Notes: a model not told the origin generated them from the sequence alone. Positions 1 through 8,230 are shown, counted from the first letter of the stretch. The stretch: 32,000 nt of DNA from Nitrosomonas europaea (GCF_900167395.1 NZ_FUWK01000016.1:1-32000); one strand, 5' to 3'. Translations and numbers: made by a program.

Positions 1-272
1 ATATATTGATTGTCCGGGTCTTCGGTCAAAACATCGAATATCTTTTCCCAAATACCGGCCTGTGCCCACCGCGTAAAGCGTTTGTGAGCAGTTTTCCATT
101 TGCCATACCGCTCCGGCAGGTCATGCCAGTGCGCGCCGGAGCGTAAAACCCATAAAACACCATTTATGAACAATAGATTATCAGCACCATGTCGGCCACG
201 ATCCCCAATTTTCCCCGGTATAAACGGCTCTATTCGACACCATTGCTCCCTGTTCAATTCATAGCGTTTCAT
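1..272 (-). mobile_element. IS5-family transposase gene, 5' part only (continues past the left window edge)
   Basis: The minus-strand ATG at 272..270 opens a frame that stays open to position 1: MKRYELNREQWCRIEPFIPGKIGDRGRHGADNLLFINGVLWVLRSGAHWHDLPERYGKWKTAHKRFTRWAQAGIWEKIFDVLTEDPDNQY. The pattern ExxEQWxRIxPxxPGKxGDxGR...NGVLWxxRxGxxWxDLPxxYGKW...RFxRWxxxGxW is the hallmark N-terminus of IS5-family (IS427-group type) DDE transposases. It is absent from the ORF track because no stop codon lies inside the window. Confidence 0.8.
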
Positions 273-451
273 ACATTCCTCACTGAAAATGTTAGACCTC
301 TTTCAGTAAAGCAAAAATTATAGATGTTGAGAATCCGTAAATGTCGATTTGTCCTAGCGTTTTTTCCTGAATATATTCCGGGCTCAGAATAGAGCCCGGA
401 GAACTTCTTCCTGCAAAATCCAGCAAGGAACCCCGCCACTTCCTGAACGGT

Positions 452-1474
452 TCATGCTTCAAACACTTCTTCGACCGTTTGTGCCGTCAGTATCTGTTCT
501 CCCCAGGTCAGCAAGGTTTGCGAGTCCGCTGCCCTGATTCGGGTACGTATCGTCTCATTGATCGGACCAAAACGCCGTTCCAGCAGGCGCAGCAGAAACT
601 CGGCTTCACCTTGCTGCAACCCTTCTTCGCGTCCCTCTTGTCGCCCCTCTTGTCGCCCCTGCTGCAATCCCTGTTGCAATCCCTTTTGTAATCCTTCCTC
701 TATGCCTTGTTGTTTCCAGTCTTTGGTCCATTCCTTGACACGTTCTGCCAGCATGCTGTGTACCTCCTGTAAATCCTGAATTTCATCAAATCTAACCTTC
801 GGCATTCTGCCAGGCAGAAATACCCGTTTTAACCAGACAGTAAATGTCCGCCGTAATCCGCTTTGTTGTGGTGATTGCAACCAGGCGATCAACGCCTGCA
901 ACACCTGTTGGACATCTTCCGGCGTACGACTGTTCTCCAGCCGAAATAATGCTGCTGTCAGATTGCGCAGGGTGGCCAGTTCATGATCATGATAGCTGCC
1001 TTCATCCAGCAGCAGATAATGTAGCTGTGGCCGATAGCGTTCCAATCCACCCGGGATCGGGATGATCAGTTCACTGATGTCTACCGGTGCCTGCCAGCGG
1101 TTATCACCATTGTATAGCACGACCGGCAGCACTGGCGGCAGTTGCTCACCCTTATGGATCGATTCACTTCTGATCAAATCCTGATACAGTAAACCGACGT
1201 AGGTCATGATCCGCACTGCCATGAACCAGTCTACCGTGGACTGGAATTCGAGCAGCAGGTAGACATACAGCCAGTCTTTTCCCCAGCGTATGCGCCAGAT
1301 GATGTCGTCTTCCCGTTCCCGTAAATCGTCACTAATATAGCTACCGCTGACTTTCTCTAATGTAGAAAAATCCAGTTCATTGACCCATTCTTCCCGAACG
1401 AAGCCACGCAGCAGATCAGCTACCATCTCGGCATGTGAAAACAATGCTTTGTAACTGTGATCGTGATCCATCAT
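452..1474 (-). CDS. Rpn/YhgA-family recombination-promoting nuclease / putative transposase (PD-(D/E)XK), with DUF4351-like C-terminal tail
   Basis: 340-aa ORF. The N-terminus is YKALFSHAEMVADLLRGFV. The core ...DDIIWRIRW...VYLLLEFQS... is typical of the Rpn (Transposase_31) family. The C-terminal helical tail is AEFLLRLLERRFGPINETIRTRI, preceded by Q/G/E tetrapeptide repeats. Confidence 0.8.
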   Translation of the reverse strand: MMDHDHSYKALFSHAEMVADLLRGFVREEWVNELDFSTLEKVSGSYISDDLREREDDIIWRIRWGKDWLYVYLLLEFQSTVDWFMAVRIMTYVGLLYQDLIRSESIHKGEQLPPVLPVVLYNGDNRWQAPVDISELIIPIPGGLERYRPQLHYLLLDEGSYHDHELATLRNLTAALFRLENSRTPEDVQQVLQALIAWLQSPQQSGLRRTFTVWLKRVFLPGRMPKVRFDEIQDLQEVHSMLAERVKEWTKDWKQQGIEEGLQKGLQQGLQQGRQEGRQEGREEGLQQGEAEFLLRLLERRFGPINETIRTRIRAADSQTLLTWGEQILTAQTVEEVFEA

Positions 1475-1552
1475 CAGGTAAGTGTAGCAAAGACAGGAAG
1501 AAATTATCCTCAGAGTTGATGGTTCCCACGCTGGAGCGCCACTGCCATTAAG

Positions 1553-1580
1553 AGTAGAATTCTAACTAGGAATTCTTACT
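1553..1580. promoter_or_regulatory. Imperfect palindrome upstream of vapB, candidate autoregulatory operator
   Basis: AGTAGAATTC-TAACTAG-GAATTCTTACT lies 17 nt upstream of the vapB ATG. The arms are complementary except for one extra base. It contains a TAGAAT -10-like hexamer. No convincing -35 was found. Confidence 0.35.
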
Positions 1581-1596
1581 TTTTGGGAACCTGGAT

Positions 1597-1860
1597 ATGC
1601 AAGTTACTGACAAAGGACAAGTTACGATCCCCAAACGCCTGCGCGATGCTGCCGGCTTTCTGCCCGGCAGCCAGGTCACCTTCTCGTTGGAAGGAGGAAA
1701 GATCATCATCAGCAAGACCGGCATGGGAACTGACGACCGACGTAAGTCGCTGCGCGCTGCTGCCGCAAAGGTACGCAAAAGCCTGGATGAGCCATTCAAG
1801 CAGATGAACAGCGACGACATCATGGCGTTCCTGCGCCCGGATGGCGACGATTGTGCATGA
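1597..1860 (+). CDS. vapB: AbrB/SpoVT-family antitoxin (VapB-type)
   Basis: 87-aa ORF with the N-terminal swapped-hairpin motif QVTDKGQVTIPKRLRDAAGFLPGSQV. It overlaps the downstream PIN gene by 20 nt, giving the classic antitoxin-toxin order. Confidence 0.75.
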   Translation: MQVTDKGQVTIPKRLRDAAGFLPGSQVTFSLEGGKIIISKTGMGTDDRRKSLRAAAAKVRKSLDEPFKQMNSDDIMAFLRPDGDDCA

Positions 1861-2314
1861 CTTGTCCAAATATGACGGCTCGGCGGGTTTCTTAGTCGAT
1901 ACCAATATTTGGATCGACTGCATGGACACCGATAGCCGGTGGCACGACTGGTCCGTGGATCAGCTTCAGATCTGTAGCGAGCAGGCGCCACTGCACATCA
2001 ATCTGATGATCTACACTGAGTTGCTTATCCCGGGACCAGACATAGATGCTCTGGACACGATGCTTGATATCTACGATACCCTGCGCAGTCCCTTACCATG
2101 GTCGTGTGCCGGGCTGGCGGCGAAAGCCTATCTGAACTATCGCCGTCGGGGTGGCACTCGACTCGTACCGTTGCCGGATTTCTACATTGGCACCCATGCG
2201 GCTGTTGCCAATCTAAGTGTGCTCAGTCGGGACGTAAAACCTTATCACAACTATTTTCGGCGCTTGCGCTGCGTCGGTCCAGATGAAACAGCCGAGCAGC
2301 ATACAGACGGATAG
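1841..2314 (+). CDS. vapC: PIN-domain toxin (VapC-type ribonuclease)
   Basis: 157-aa ORF. FLVDTNIWID carries the first PIN acidic residue. It is followed by ...IYTELL..., ...DFYIGTHAAV... and ...LSRD.... It is coupled to vapB. An in-frame GTG at 1853 is an alternative start. Confidence 0.75.
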   Translation: MATIVHDLSKYDGSAGFLVDTNIWIDCMDTDSRWHDWSVDQLQICSEQAPLHINLMIYTELLIPGPDIDALDTMLDIYDTLRSPLPWSCAGLAAKAYLNYRRRGGTRLVPLPDFYIGTHAAVANLSVLSRDVKPYHNYFRRLRCVGPDETAEQHTDG

Positions 2315-2401
2315 AAATAACCAATCAACATACAAGCAAGTACGACATATATGCCCTATTTGCATCATACAAATGACTACAGACAATAAGGGAAATCTTA
2401 T

Positions 2402-3163
2402 TTACCGATAGCTGACGCGTGAAACCCCTCGCGTGTTGACTGATCTTTGAGACGGATTGCAGTAAACCTTGAAATGCACGGCACCAGCAAGTGATCCTGC
2501 CACTGATTTTTTAGCGCATACAGCTATGTTACCTGCGCCTGTAGCATCAATTTCAACATTATCTACTGTGAAATCTCTTGCTGTTGTATTACCTGCCCCG
2601 GATAGATTTAACTTAAGCGTGCTTGCCTGACCTTCGATATTTATACTGCCGGCACCACTTTTTCTGACAGATAAGCCATCAGGAAAGTCACCATAAATAT
2701 TTGTGCTACCCGCCCCGGAGATTTTGAGTTTTTGAAGTGAGATACTTTCTACAATTACATTGAGGTTATCATTTCCTGGGCCTGGCCTGCGGATGATTAA
2801 TTCTCCATCGGATGAATTGACCTCAACAGATTCCACATAATTGCTATCTCCGGAAATTATGACTCTGTTTTCACTACTGGTTTTTATTTCAGTATTGAAC
2901 GCACCCGATAAAACCAGTGATGTATACGGTTCAGGTGAATAGGATTTACTGACTGCTATGCCAGCTGGTGTCATTGCGTTTTGTTCATTATTACTCGAAC
3001 AATTTACACTTGAATATGAAACACTGTTTCCTGAACGGGAATAGGCGGATGCAGAGCCACTCTCAGCGCAGCTAACACTGGTTGAAGTATCAGCAACGCT
3101 TACGTTGATGCAGAGCAACAGCATTATTGAAACGGTTGCTTTCTTCAAGATCTGATTCCGCAT
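2402..3163 (-). CDS. Secreted head-GIN domain protein (DUF2807-like, putative adhesin head)
   Basis: 253-aa ORF. The signal peptide is MRNQILKKATVSIMLLLCINVSVA. This is followed by a Ser-rich linker and repeated beta-solenoid-type S/TGAG(S/N) units (ISGAGSTNIYG, KSGAGSINIEG, LSGAGNTTARD, ATGAGNIAV), as in DUF2807 proteins. The gene is visibly AT-rich. Confidence 0.7.
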   Translation of the reverse strand: MRNQILKKATVSIMLLLCINVSVADTSTSVSCAESGSASAYSRSGNSVSYSSVNCSSNNEQNAMTPAGIAVSKSYSPEPYTSLVLSGAFNTEIKTSSENRVIISGDSNYVESVEVNSSDGELIIRRPGPGNDNLNVIVESISLQKLKISGAGSTNIYGDFPDGLSVRKSGAGSINIEGQASTLKLNLSGAGNTTARDFTVDNVEIDATGAGNIAVCAKKSVAGSLAGAVHFKVYCNPSQRSVNTRGVSRVSYR

Positions 3164-3185
3164 AAAAATTTTCCGTATGCTCTAA

Positions 3186-3457
3186 GGAACCTCTGCACGC
3201 ATCCTCCATGAGCCGCATTGCAGGCAAAATCATGATGATCGCAAGGAGCGCAACGAAGATCGTAGTTATTCTACGATGCCGAGGCGCGTGACACGGCGAG
3301 CGCGTGATTTTGCCACAACCCTTCAGGGCACTGGTTTTGCAGACGGACTGCAGCGTTGAGTTCGTTGTGAAAGGAGTAGCCATTCACTGCCTCACTCGCC
3401 TTGCATTCCATCCGCAAAACACAGTGTGCGACCATGTGGGATGTGTGCAGAGGTTCC
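3186..3457. mobile_element. 272-bp non-autonomous IS-like element (MITE) with terminal inverted repeats and CTAA target-site duplication
   Basis: The left end is GGAACCTCTGCACGCATCC (3186-3204). The reverse complement of the right end is GGAACCTCTGCACACATCC (3457-3439). They match at 18/19 positions, with weaker similarity continuing to about 25-32 nt. The element is flanked on both sides by CTAA (3182-3185 and 3458-3461). No credible transposase ORF lies inside. Confidence 0.7.
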
Positions 3458-3500
3458 CTAACCCGATCAAGCTACGATTTTACCGCTACACAGTAGCGCA

Positions 3501-3533
3501 GTAGGATGTAGTGAGGTACAAACCGCATCCTAC
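3501..3533 (+). repeat. REP-like palindromic element, copy A
   Basis: The sequence is GTAGGATGtagtgaggtacaaaccgCATCCTAC, with an 8-bp stem. It is near-identical to copy B at 4327-4360 and in the same orientation. Confidence 0.6.
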
Positions 3534-3674
3534 TAATTTATATATATTTTTTACCAACCCCGATATATTCCATATAAATATAAATTACAGCTGATTAGCC
3601 ATAATAACAAAGAGGTTGAAAATAGATTTAAAAAATATCTATGATTAGCAGTTACAAAATTTTATGGAGAGAAA

Positions 3675-4253
3675 ATGAAAAAACAGTCTTGTTCACACAC
3701 AACCGAAGATGTTCCGTTTCCACAAGCCAATCGGAGGAAATTTCTTCAGCTCGCTGCGCTTGGTAGTAGCATAGGTTTATTTTCAGTGGTATCAGGGATA
3801 TCGGAAGCCCGTGCAGAAAAAAAAGCAGGTACATTACTTTTAAGTTGTATGGATTACCGCCTGATGGATGAAATTGAACGCTACATGCTCCGTCGAGGGT
3901 TGTACCACAACTATGACCATATTGTATTGGCCGGTGCTTCACTGGGTGCTGTTACAGATAAATATCCTGCCTGGAGCAGGACCTTCTGGGATCATCTCGA
4001 CCTGGCGGTCAATCTGCACGAGATACACACCGTTATGGTGATGGATCATCGTGACTGTGGTGCATATAAGATATTACTTGGAGAAGATTACTCCAAGGAT
4101 ACAGATAGAGAAACGGCAGAACACACTATAAAACTCACACAGCTCAAAGATATGATCAATAAAAAATATCCAAAAATAGAGGTTGAAACACTGTTGATGG
4201 GGCTGAATGGTGAAGTAGAAGCTATTCCAACTGCTGTAGCAAAACAGGGGTAA
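3675..4253 (+). CDS. Tat-signal protein with beta-carbonic-anhydrase-like zinc-site motifs
   Basis: 192-aa ORF with a GGAGAG Shine-Dalgarno sequence upstream. The twin-arginine signal is NRRKFLQLAALGSSIGLFSVVSGISEARA. It has a CxDxR motif (SCMDYR) and an HxxC motif (DHRDCGAY) in the order and spacing typical of beta-class carbonic anhydrase-fold proteins. Confidence 0.55.
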   Translation: MKKQSCSHTTEDVPFPQANRRKFLQLAALGSSIGLFSVVSGISEARAEKKAGTLLLSCMDYRLMDEIERYMLRRGLYHNYDHIVLAGASLGAVTDKYPAWSRTFWDHLDLAVNLHEIHTVMVMDHRDCGAYKILLGEDYSKDTDRETAEHTIKLTQLKDMINKKYPKIEVETLLMGLNGEVEAIPTAVAKQG

Positions 4254-4326
4254 GGAGAATATCTGATATTCAATTTGGTTCAGGTTTTTATTGTTCCAAA
4301 TCTCTTTTACCACTGAATCCAGCATA

Positions 4327-4360
4327 GTAGGATACGGTGAGGTACGAACCCGCATCCTAC
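4327..4360 (+). repeat. REP-like palindromic element, copy B (possible bidirectional terminator between convergent genes)
   Basis: The sequence is GTAGGATacggtgaggtacgaacccgCATCCTAC. It has the same core (GTGAGGTAC-AACC-GCATCCTAC) as copy A. It lies between the convergent stops at 4253 and 4490. Confidence 0.6.
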
Positions 4361-4489
4361 TGTGTTGATCACATTTTTCGAAACAACACACTATTTCCCA
4401 GAAGCTAATAGCAGCACACGCCAGCGCACCCTGCGCTTTTCCACTGTCCAGAGCTTGTTTGTTGGGCAGCCATCGTTAATCGCGTTTGA

Positions 4490-5746
4490 TTACAGCAACC
4501 GGAATGCCAGTGCCGCAATGAAGGTGGGGATTGCTGCAGTTAGCAACAGCCTGAAGGGGTGCACCGCCTCATCATCGAAATGATTACGCAGGATAGCTAT
4601 ACCCGCCGGGTTGGGTGCATTCGCAATGAGAGTCAGGCCACCTCCTGTCACTGCACCACTGACGAGGGCATATTTGAGATCGTCGGATAATCCTTCGACC
4701 AGCGAACCCAGATAGGTCAGTGCTGCGTTGTCGGTCACTGCGGTCAGCAGGGTTGCACCGAGGAACATCTGGTCGCTGGTCATGCTCATCAGCAGCGGTT
4801 GCAACCACCACTGCTGCTGGCCGCCCAACACTACCAGCCCCGCCAGAAAAAAGGCAACCAGCAGACCTTCACGCAGAATCAGTCGATCCTGATATTGCTG
4901 ATAGGCGTGGGTAATTCCCAGAAAAAACAGGAACAGCCCCATGAACATGGCCGGGTGATGAGAGAACATCACGATGCCCGCCAGAAATGCCAGATGCACC
5001 CCGGCCAGCACAGGCGGTACAGCCTCATGACGATTGTTCTCGGTTACCGGCAGCAATCGCAGTTCTTCACGGAACAGCAACGTGACACACAGCGCATTCG
5101 CCACTACGGCGATGGCTGCCTTCCAGCCGAAAGTCGTCAGCATGAAAGCCGTATCCCAATTCCATTTACTTGCCACCATCAGAACGGGGGGTGCGGCAAA
5201 ATGTGTCAATGTACCGCCGATGGAAATATTGACGAACAGTACAGCCAGGATGGCGTACTTCATGTGTGCAGAGATCCCTTTCGCGAAAATATGTTCGGCC
5301 AGGATCAGTGCAGCCAGTGTCATGGCAGCAGGCTCGGTAATGAACGAACCGAGCAGAGGAATCAATGTCAGGATGGTAAAGCAGAATCCCATACTGCCCG
5401 GCAGGGGAATGAGGCGAGTGGCCAAATGAACCGCAGCCATCGCTGTCTGCAGGATCGGGCGGGTACCTGCAATCACCATGATGGCAAAAACGAACATCGG
5501 TTCGGTGAAATTGCGGGAATCAACGTAATGTATCGCTGCGGCTTCACCTTCGATGGTGAACAGAGCTACCACCAGCACCAGTGCCCAGAAGCCAAACACC
5601 ACCTCCACTTCACCCAGCAGATGCCACAGCCCGGCATGTGCAGGTTGGATATACGCCAGTCGCTTGAAGAATCCGGTGCTAAAAGTGTGCAGGATGGCAA
5701 GGGCAAATAACCCTGCACCCATCAGTTCGATGAGGGTCGGTGTCAT
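4490..5746 (-). CDS. Polytopic inner-membrane protein, DUF1504 / putative Na+/H+ antiporter-like family
   Basis: 418-aa ORF that is hydrophobic throughout, with about 11-12 predicted helices. The N-terminus LIELMGAGLFALAILHTFSTGFF... is typical of the approximately 420-aa Na_H_antiport_2/DUF1504 family. An AGGA Shine-Dalgarno sequence precedes the ATG at 5746. Confidence 0.6.
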   Translation of the reverse strand: MTPTLIELMGAGLFALAILHTFSTGFFKRLAYIQPAHAGLWHLLGEVEVVFGFWALVLVVALFTIEGEAAAIHYVDSRNFTEPMFVFAIMVIAGTRPILQTAMAAVHLATRLIPLPGSMGFCFTILTLIPLLGSFITEPAAMTLAALILAEHIFAKGISAHMKYAILAVLFVNISIGGTLTHFAAPPVLMVASKWNWDTAFMLTTFGWKAAIAVVANALCVTLLFREELRLLPVTENNRHEAVPPVLAGVHLAFLAGIVMFSHHPAMFMGLFLFFLGITHAYQQYQDRLILREGLLVAFFLAGLVVLGGQQQWWLQPLLMSMTSDQMFLGATLLTAVTDNAALTYLGSLVEGLSDDLKYALVSGAVTGGGLTLIANAPNPAGIAILRNHFDDEAVHPFRLLLTAAIPTFIAALAFRLL

Positions 5747-5801
5747 GTTTTATCCTGGAATATCAGCCCGTACCCTCCGTGCTTTGCCAGCAGGTGAAAG
5801 G

Positions 5802-6906
5802 TCATACCCCCTGCTTGAGACTTGCTTCGATGAATGTATCCAGATCACCATCGAGTACAGCCTGGGTATTGCCGATCTCGATATTGGTGCGCAAATCCTT
5901 GATACGGGACTGATCCAGCACATAAGAGCGAATCTGGTGACCCCAGGCGATATCGGTTTTGGAATCTTCGATGGCCTGTTTGGTCTCGTTGCGTTTTCTC
6001 AGTTCTGCTTCATACAAACGGGATTTCAGTACTGTCATGGCATCAGCACGGTTGCGGTGCTGGGAGCGGCCACTCTGGCATTGAACGACGATACCGGTTG
6101 GAATATGCGTGATCCGGACAGCTGAATCTGTTTTATTGATATGCTGCCCGCCCGCGCCTGAGGCACGAAAGGTATCTACCCGCAAATCGGCTGGATTGAT
6201 GTCGATTTCGATACTGTCATCCACTTCCGGATAGACAAACACGCTGGCAAAGGAAGTATGCCGCCGGTTACCGGAATCAAATGGTGATTTACGCACCAGC
6301 CGGTGCACACCCGTTTCTGTGCGCAGATAGCCATAGGCATATTCACCGCTTATCTTGAGCGTGGCACTCTTGATACCGGCTACGTCGCCAGGAGATTCTT
6401 CCAGCAGTTCCACTCCCAGTCCGCGCCGTTCACAGTAGCGCAGGTACATTCTTTCCAGCATCGATGCCCAGTCCTGTGCTTCAGTTCCACCCGAACCGGA
6501 CTGGATATCGACAAAACAGTTATTAGGATCCATCGGATCGGAAAACATCCGGCGAAACTCCATCCCGGCCAGTGTCTGATCGAGTTCCGTGACATCATCG
6601 GCAATGCTTTGCAGGGTTTCTTTGTCGTTTTCTTCCTGGGCGATCTGCAGCAGTTCATGCGTATCCCGCAATTGACGATCGACCGATTGCAGAGTATGTA
6701 CGATGTTTTCGAGAGATTTTTTCTCACGCCCCATTTCCTGGGCGCGATCCGGATCATTCCAGATGGCGGGATCTTCAGACTGGCGTTCCAGCTCCGTCAG
6801 CCGTATTTGCTTGGCATCGAAGTCAAAGATACCTCCGCAAATCAAGACTTCTTTGCTTCATGCCTTCCAGCTGTTCGGTCATTGCATTGATTTGTTCGGC
6901 TTCCAT
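5802..6906 (-). CDS. prfB: Peptide chain release factor 2, two frames joined by the programmed +1 frameshift
   Basis: Frame 0 runs from the ATG at 6906: [27 protein letters not shown], then an in-frame TGA at 6825-6823. The +1 frame continues [13 protein letters not shown]... to the stop at 5802. The SPF tripeptide (RKSPFDS) and the GGQ motif ([19 protein letters not shown]) are present. Confidence 0.95.
6822..6836 (-). other. prfB programmed +1 frameshift site (CTT TGA C) with upstream internal Shine-Dalgarno-like GGAGG
   Basis: The minus strand reads GGAGG TAT CTT TGA C. The GGAGG is at 6836-6832, the slippery CTT at 6828-6826 and the TGA at 6825-6823. The spacing is the same as in the E. 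coli prfB recoding site. Confidence 0.9.
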
Positions 6907-6945
6907 GACAGTATCCTACCCAAAGCGGTTGATTATACTGTAAGT

Positions 6946-8073
6946 CTAGTAATGATAGTGTGCGCCGATACCGAGATATTCCACCTTTTCCCTGAAGAAC
7001 TGGCCGGTAGGGGAATATCCGTTGAAGTATTCAAGCAGAAATTGAAGTTTCCTGTTGAAGGCCTGAAAATTATCGAACTGAATACCGGCTCTGGCAGATA
7101 TATCAGCATTCCAGTTATTCTGTTCGTAATTCTTGATATCCACGGCAAAAACCGGCCGTACCAATGCAAACTCCATTTGCCACGGACTTCTGAACTCTAT
7201 ACCGTATTGCGCTGACCAGGGCTTGATCGCCGACGGTTCTTTGCGAAAAACCCCACCACCCCCGCCATAAACACGTATTCCATACGGGAATTCATAGGAA
7301 AGTCTGAGATCGGCGGCCTCATAACTAAGATTGATACGCTCTATATCAGTGAGTTTTCTCAACAGGAATTCATCGCCAAGATGAGAACTCTGATGATAAA
7401 TACGGGCAAAAGCGGAAGCATTACCTGCCCGTACGCTGGTATAGATTCCTCCGATAAAATCGGTATTGATGAGATCAGTTGAGGAAGCACCCAGGTTGAA
7501 ATCACTGAATATACCGGCCTGGAGCCCGACCTCCCACTGCACGATCGATTGCCCGATATTGGCACGGTAAAATGGTATCGTTTCACCGAAGCTGACAGAG
7601 CCATTATGATTACCGTCTACATTTCTTCCCACATAATTACGGTAGGCAGCCGAGAAATGATTCCAGCGTGGGTCAGCCAGTAATGGCTTGAATAAATGAC
7701 CTTCCGGCAGGGGGCCAGTTGCCAGCATCGTTGAGCGTGTTGCCAAAGCGCCTTTATCGACAATCGCCTCATCTGGCTCCGGAGAAGCAAGTGAAGGTTG
7801 CTGTGCGGTATATTCCACTATTTCCACTCTGGTAACACCGGGAATCTCCGAGAACAGCTGCGTAATCCTGGTACGGTCTTCTGCCGGCAATTTGTCAGCT
7901 GGCAGCGTAATATTGCCATTCCGCACGGTTAATGAAGGGAGATCGATCCCGAACTGAAATTTCAGAATGGCTGCAGCATAACCAGCGATATAGGAATCAT
8001 CTGATGCCGGTGTCGCAGCACTTACAGGGAAAGTACAGAATATTGCGGCTATGATAATTGACAGAAATCGCAC
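6946..8073 (-). CDS. Outer-membrane-type protein (DUF1207-like) with BON-like N-terminal segment
   Basis: The ORF is open to 8229, but that start is a TTG without a Shine-Dalgarno sequence. The in-frame GTG at 8073 is preceded by AAGGTGA and gives the signal peptide VRFLSIIIAAIFCTFPVSA. The C-terminal half has alternating amphipathic beta-strand character and ends in ...GIGAHYHY, an aromatic terminus as in beta-barrel outer-membrane proteins. The family name is from memory of the sequence style only. Confidence 0.5.
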   Translation of the reverse strand: MRFLSIIIAAIFCTFPVSAATPASDDSYIAGYAAAILKFQFGIDLPSLTVRNGNITLPADKLPAEDRTRITQLFSEIPGVTRVEIVEYTAQQPSLASPEPDEAIVDKGALATRSTMLATGPLPEGHLFKPLLADPRWNHFSAAYRNYVGRNVDGNHNGSVSFGETIPFYRANIGQSIVQWEVGLQAGIFSDFNLGASSTDLINTDFIGGIYTSVRAGNASAFARIYHQSSHLGDEFLLRKLTDIERINLSYEAADLRLSYEFPYGIRVYGGGGGVFRKEPSAIKPWSAQYGIEFRSPWQMEFALVRPVFAVDIKNYEQNNWNADISARAGIQFDNFQAFNRKLQFLLEYFNGYSPTGQFFREKVEYLGIGAHYHY

Positions 8074-8230
8074 AATATCACCTTGGCAGGAAGAATTTTT
8101 GATCCTGATAACAGGCAGGCGTAACGGGATATTCGGGTATCCCCTGCTCTCTGTTAAAACCGGATAAAAAATAACACTCTTCTTTTCCAGCCAGGTGTTT
8201 GAAAGACTGCCTGGCTGAAAAGTACACAAC

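Noticed and set aside
379-400. Perfect 8-bp hairpin CCGGGCTC-agaata-GAGCCCGG downstream of the Rpn gene
   Set aside because: It could be a terminator, but there is no U-tract on the relevant (minus) strand. It may equally belong to the IS end region, so the evidence is not enough to call it.
600-700. Short tandem repeats that could be mistaken for a CRISPR-like or minisatellite array
   Set aside because: The units are 12 nt, contiguous without spacers, and in frame within the Rpn CDS. They form a coding tetrapeptide repeat, not a CRISPR array.
3090-3504. ORFs 3090-3383 (-) and 3304-3504 (+) inside or overlapping the MITE
   Set aside because: They are short, cross the element boundary and the neighbouring gene start, and show no transposase-like motifs. 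The terminal repeats and target duplication explain this DNA better as a non-coding element.
4336-4360. GGTACGAACCCGCATCC in the REP-like element resembles a tRNA T-arm plus acceptor 3' half (possible att site)
   Set aside because: The T-stem complement is missing, there is no cloverleaf and no CCA context. The full 34 nt folds as a simple hairpin and recurs at 3501-3533.
4799-5710. 303-aa ORF on the plus strand
   Set aside because: It lies entirely antisense to the coherent polytopic membrane-protein gene at 4490-5746. The translation is rich in Q, H, R and C and has no domain-like pattern or Shine-Dalgarno sequence. It is a typical shadow ORF of a GC-biased gene.
8074-8229. N-terminal extensions offered by the ORF track. 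These are 8074-8229, 9038-9103, 12040-12072, 16925-17002, 23622-23651, 26962-26976, 27752-27799 and 28566-28607.
   Set aside because: In each case a downstream in-frame start has a much better Shine-Dalgarno sequence, and/or creates a proper signal peptide or matches the family N-terminus. The extensions start at weak or non-ATG codons or lack a ribosome-binding site. Start sites remain predictions.
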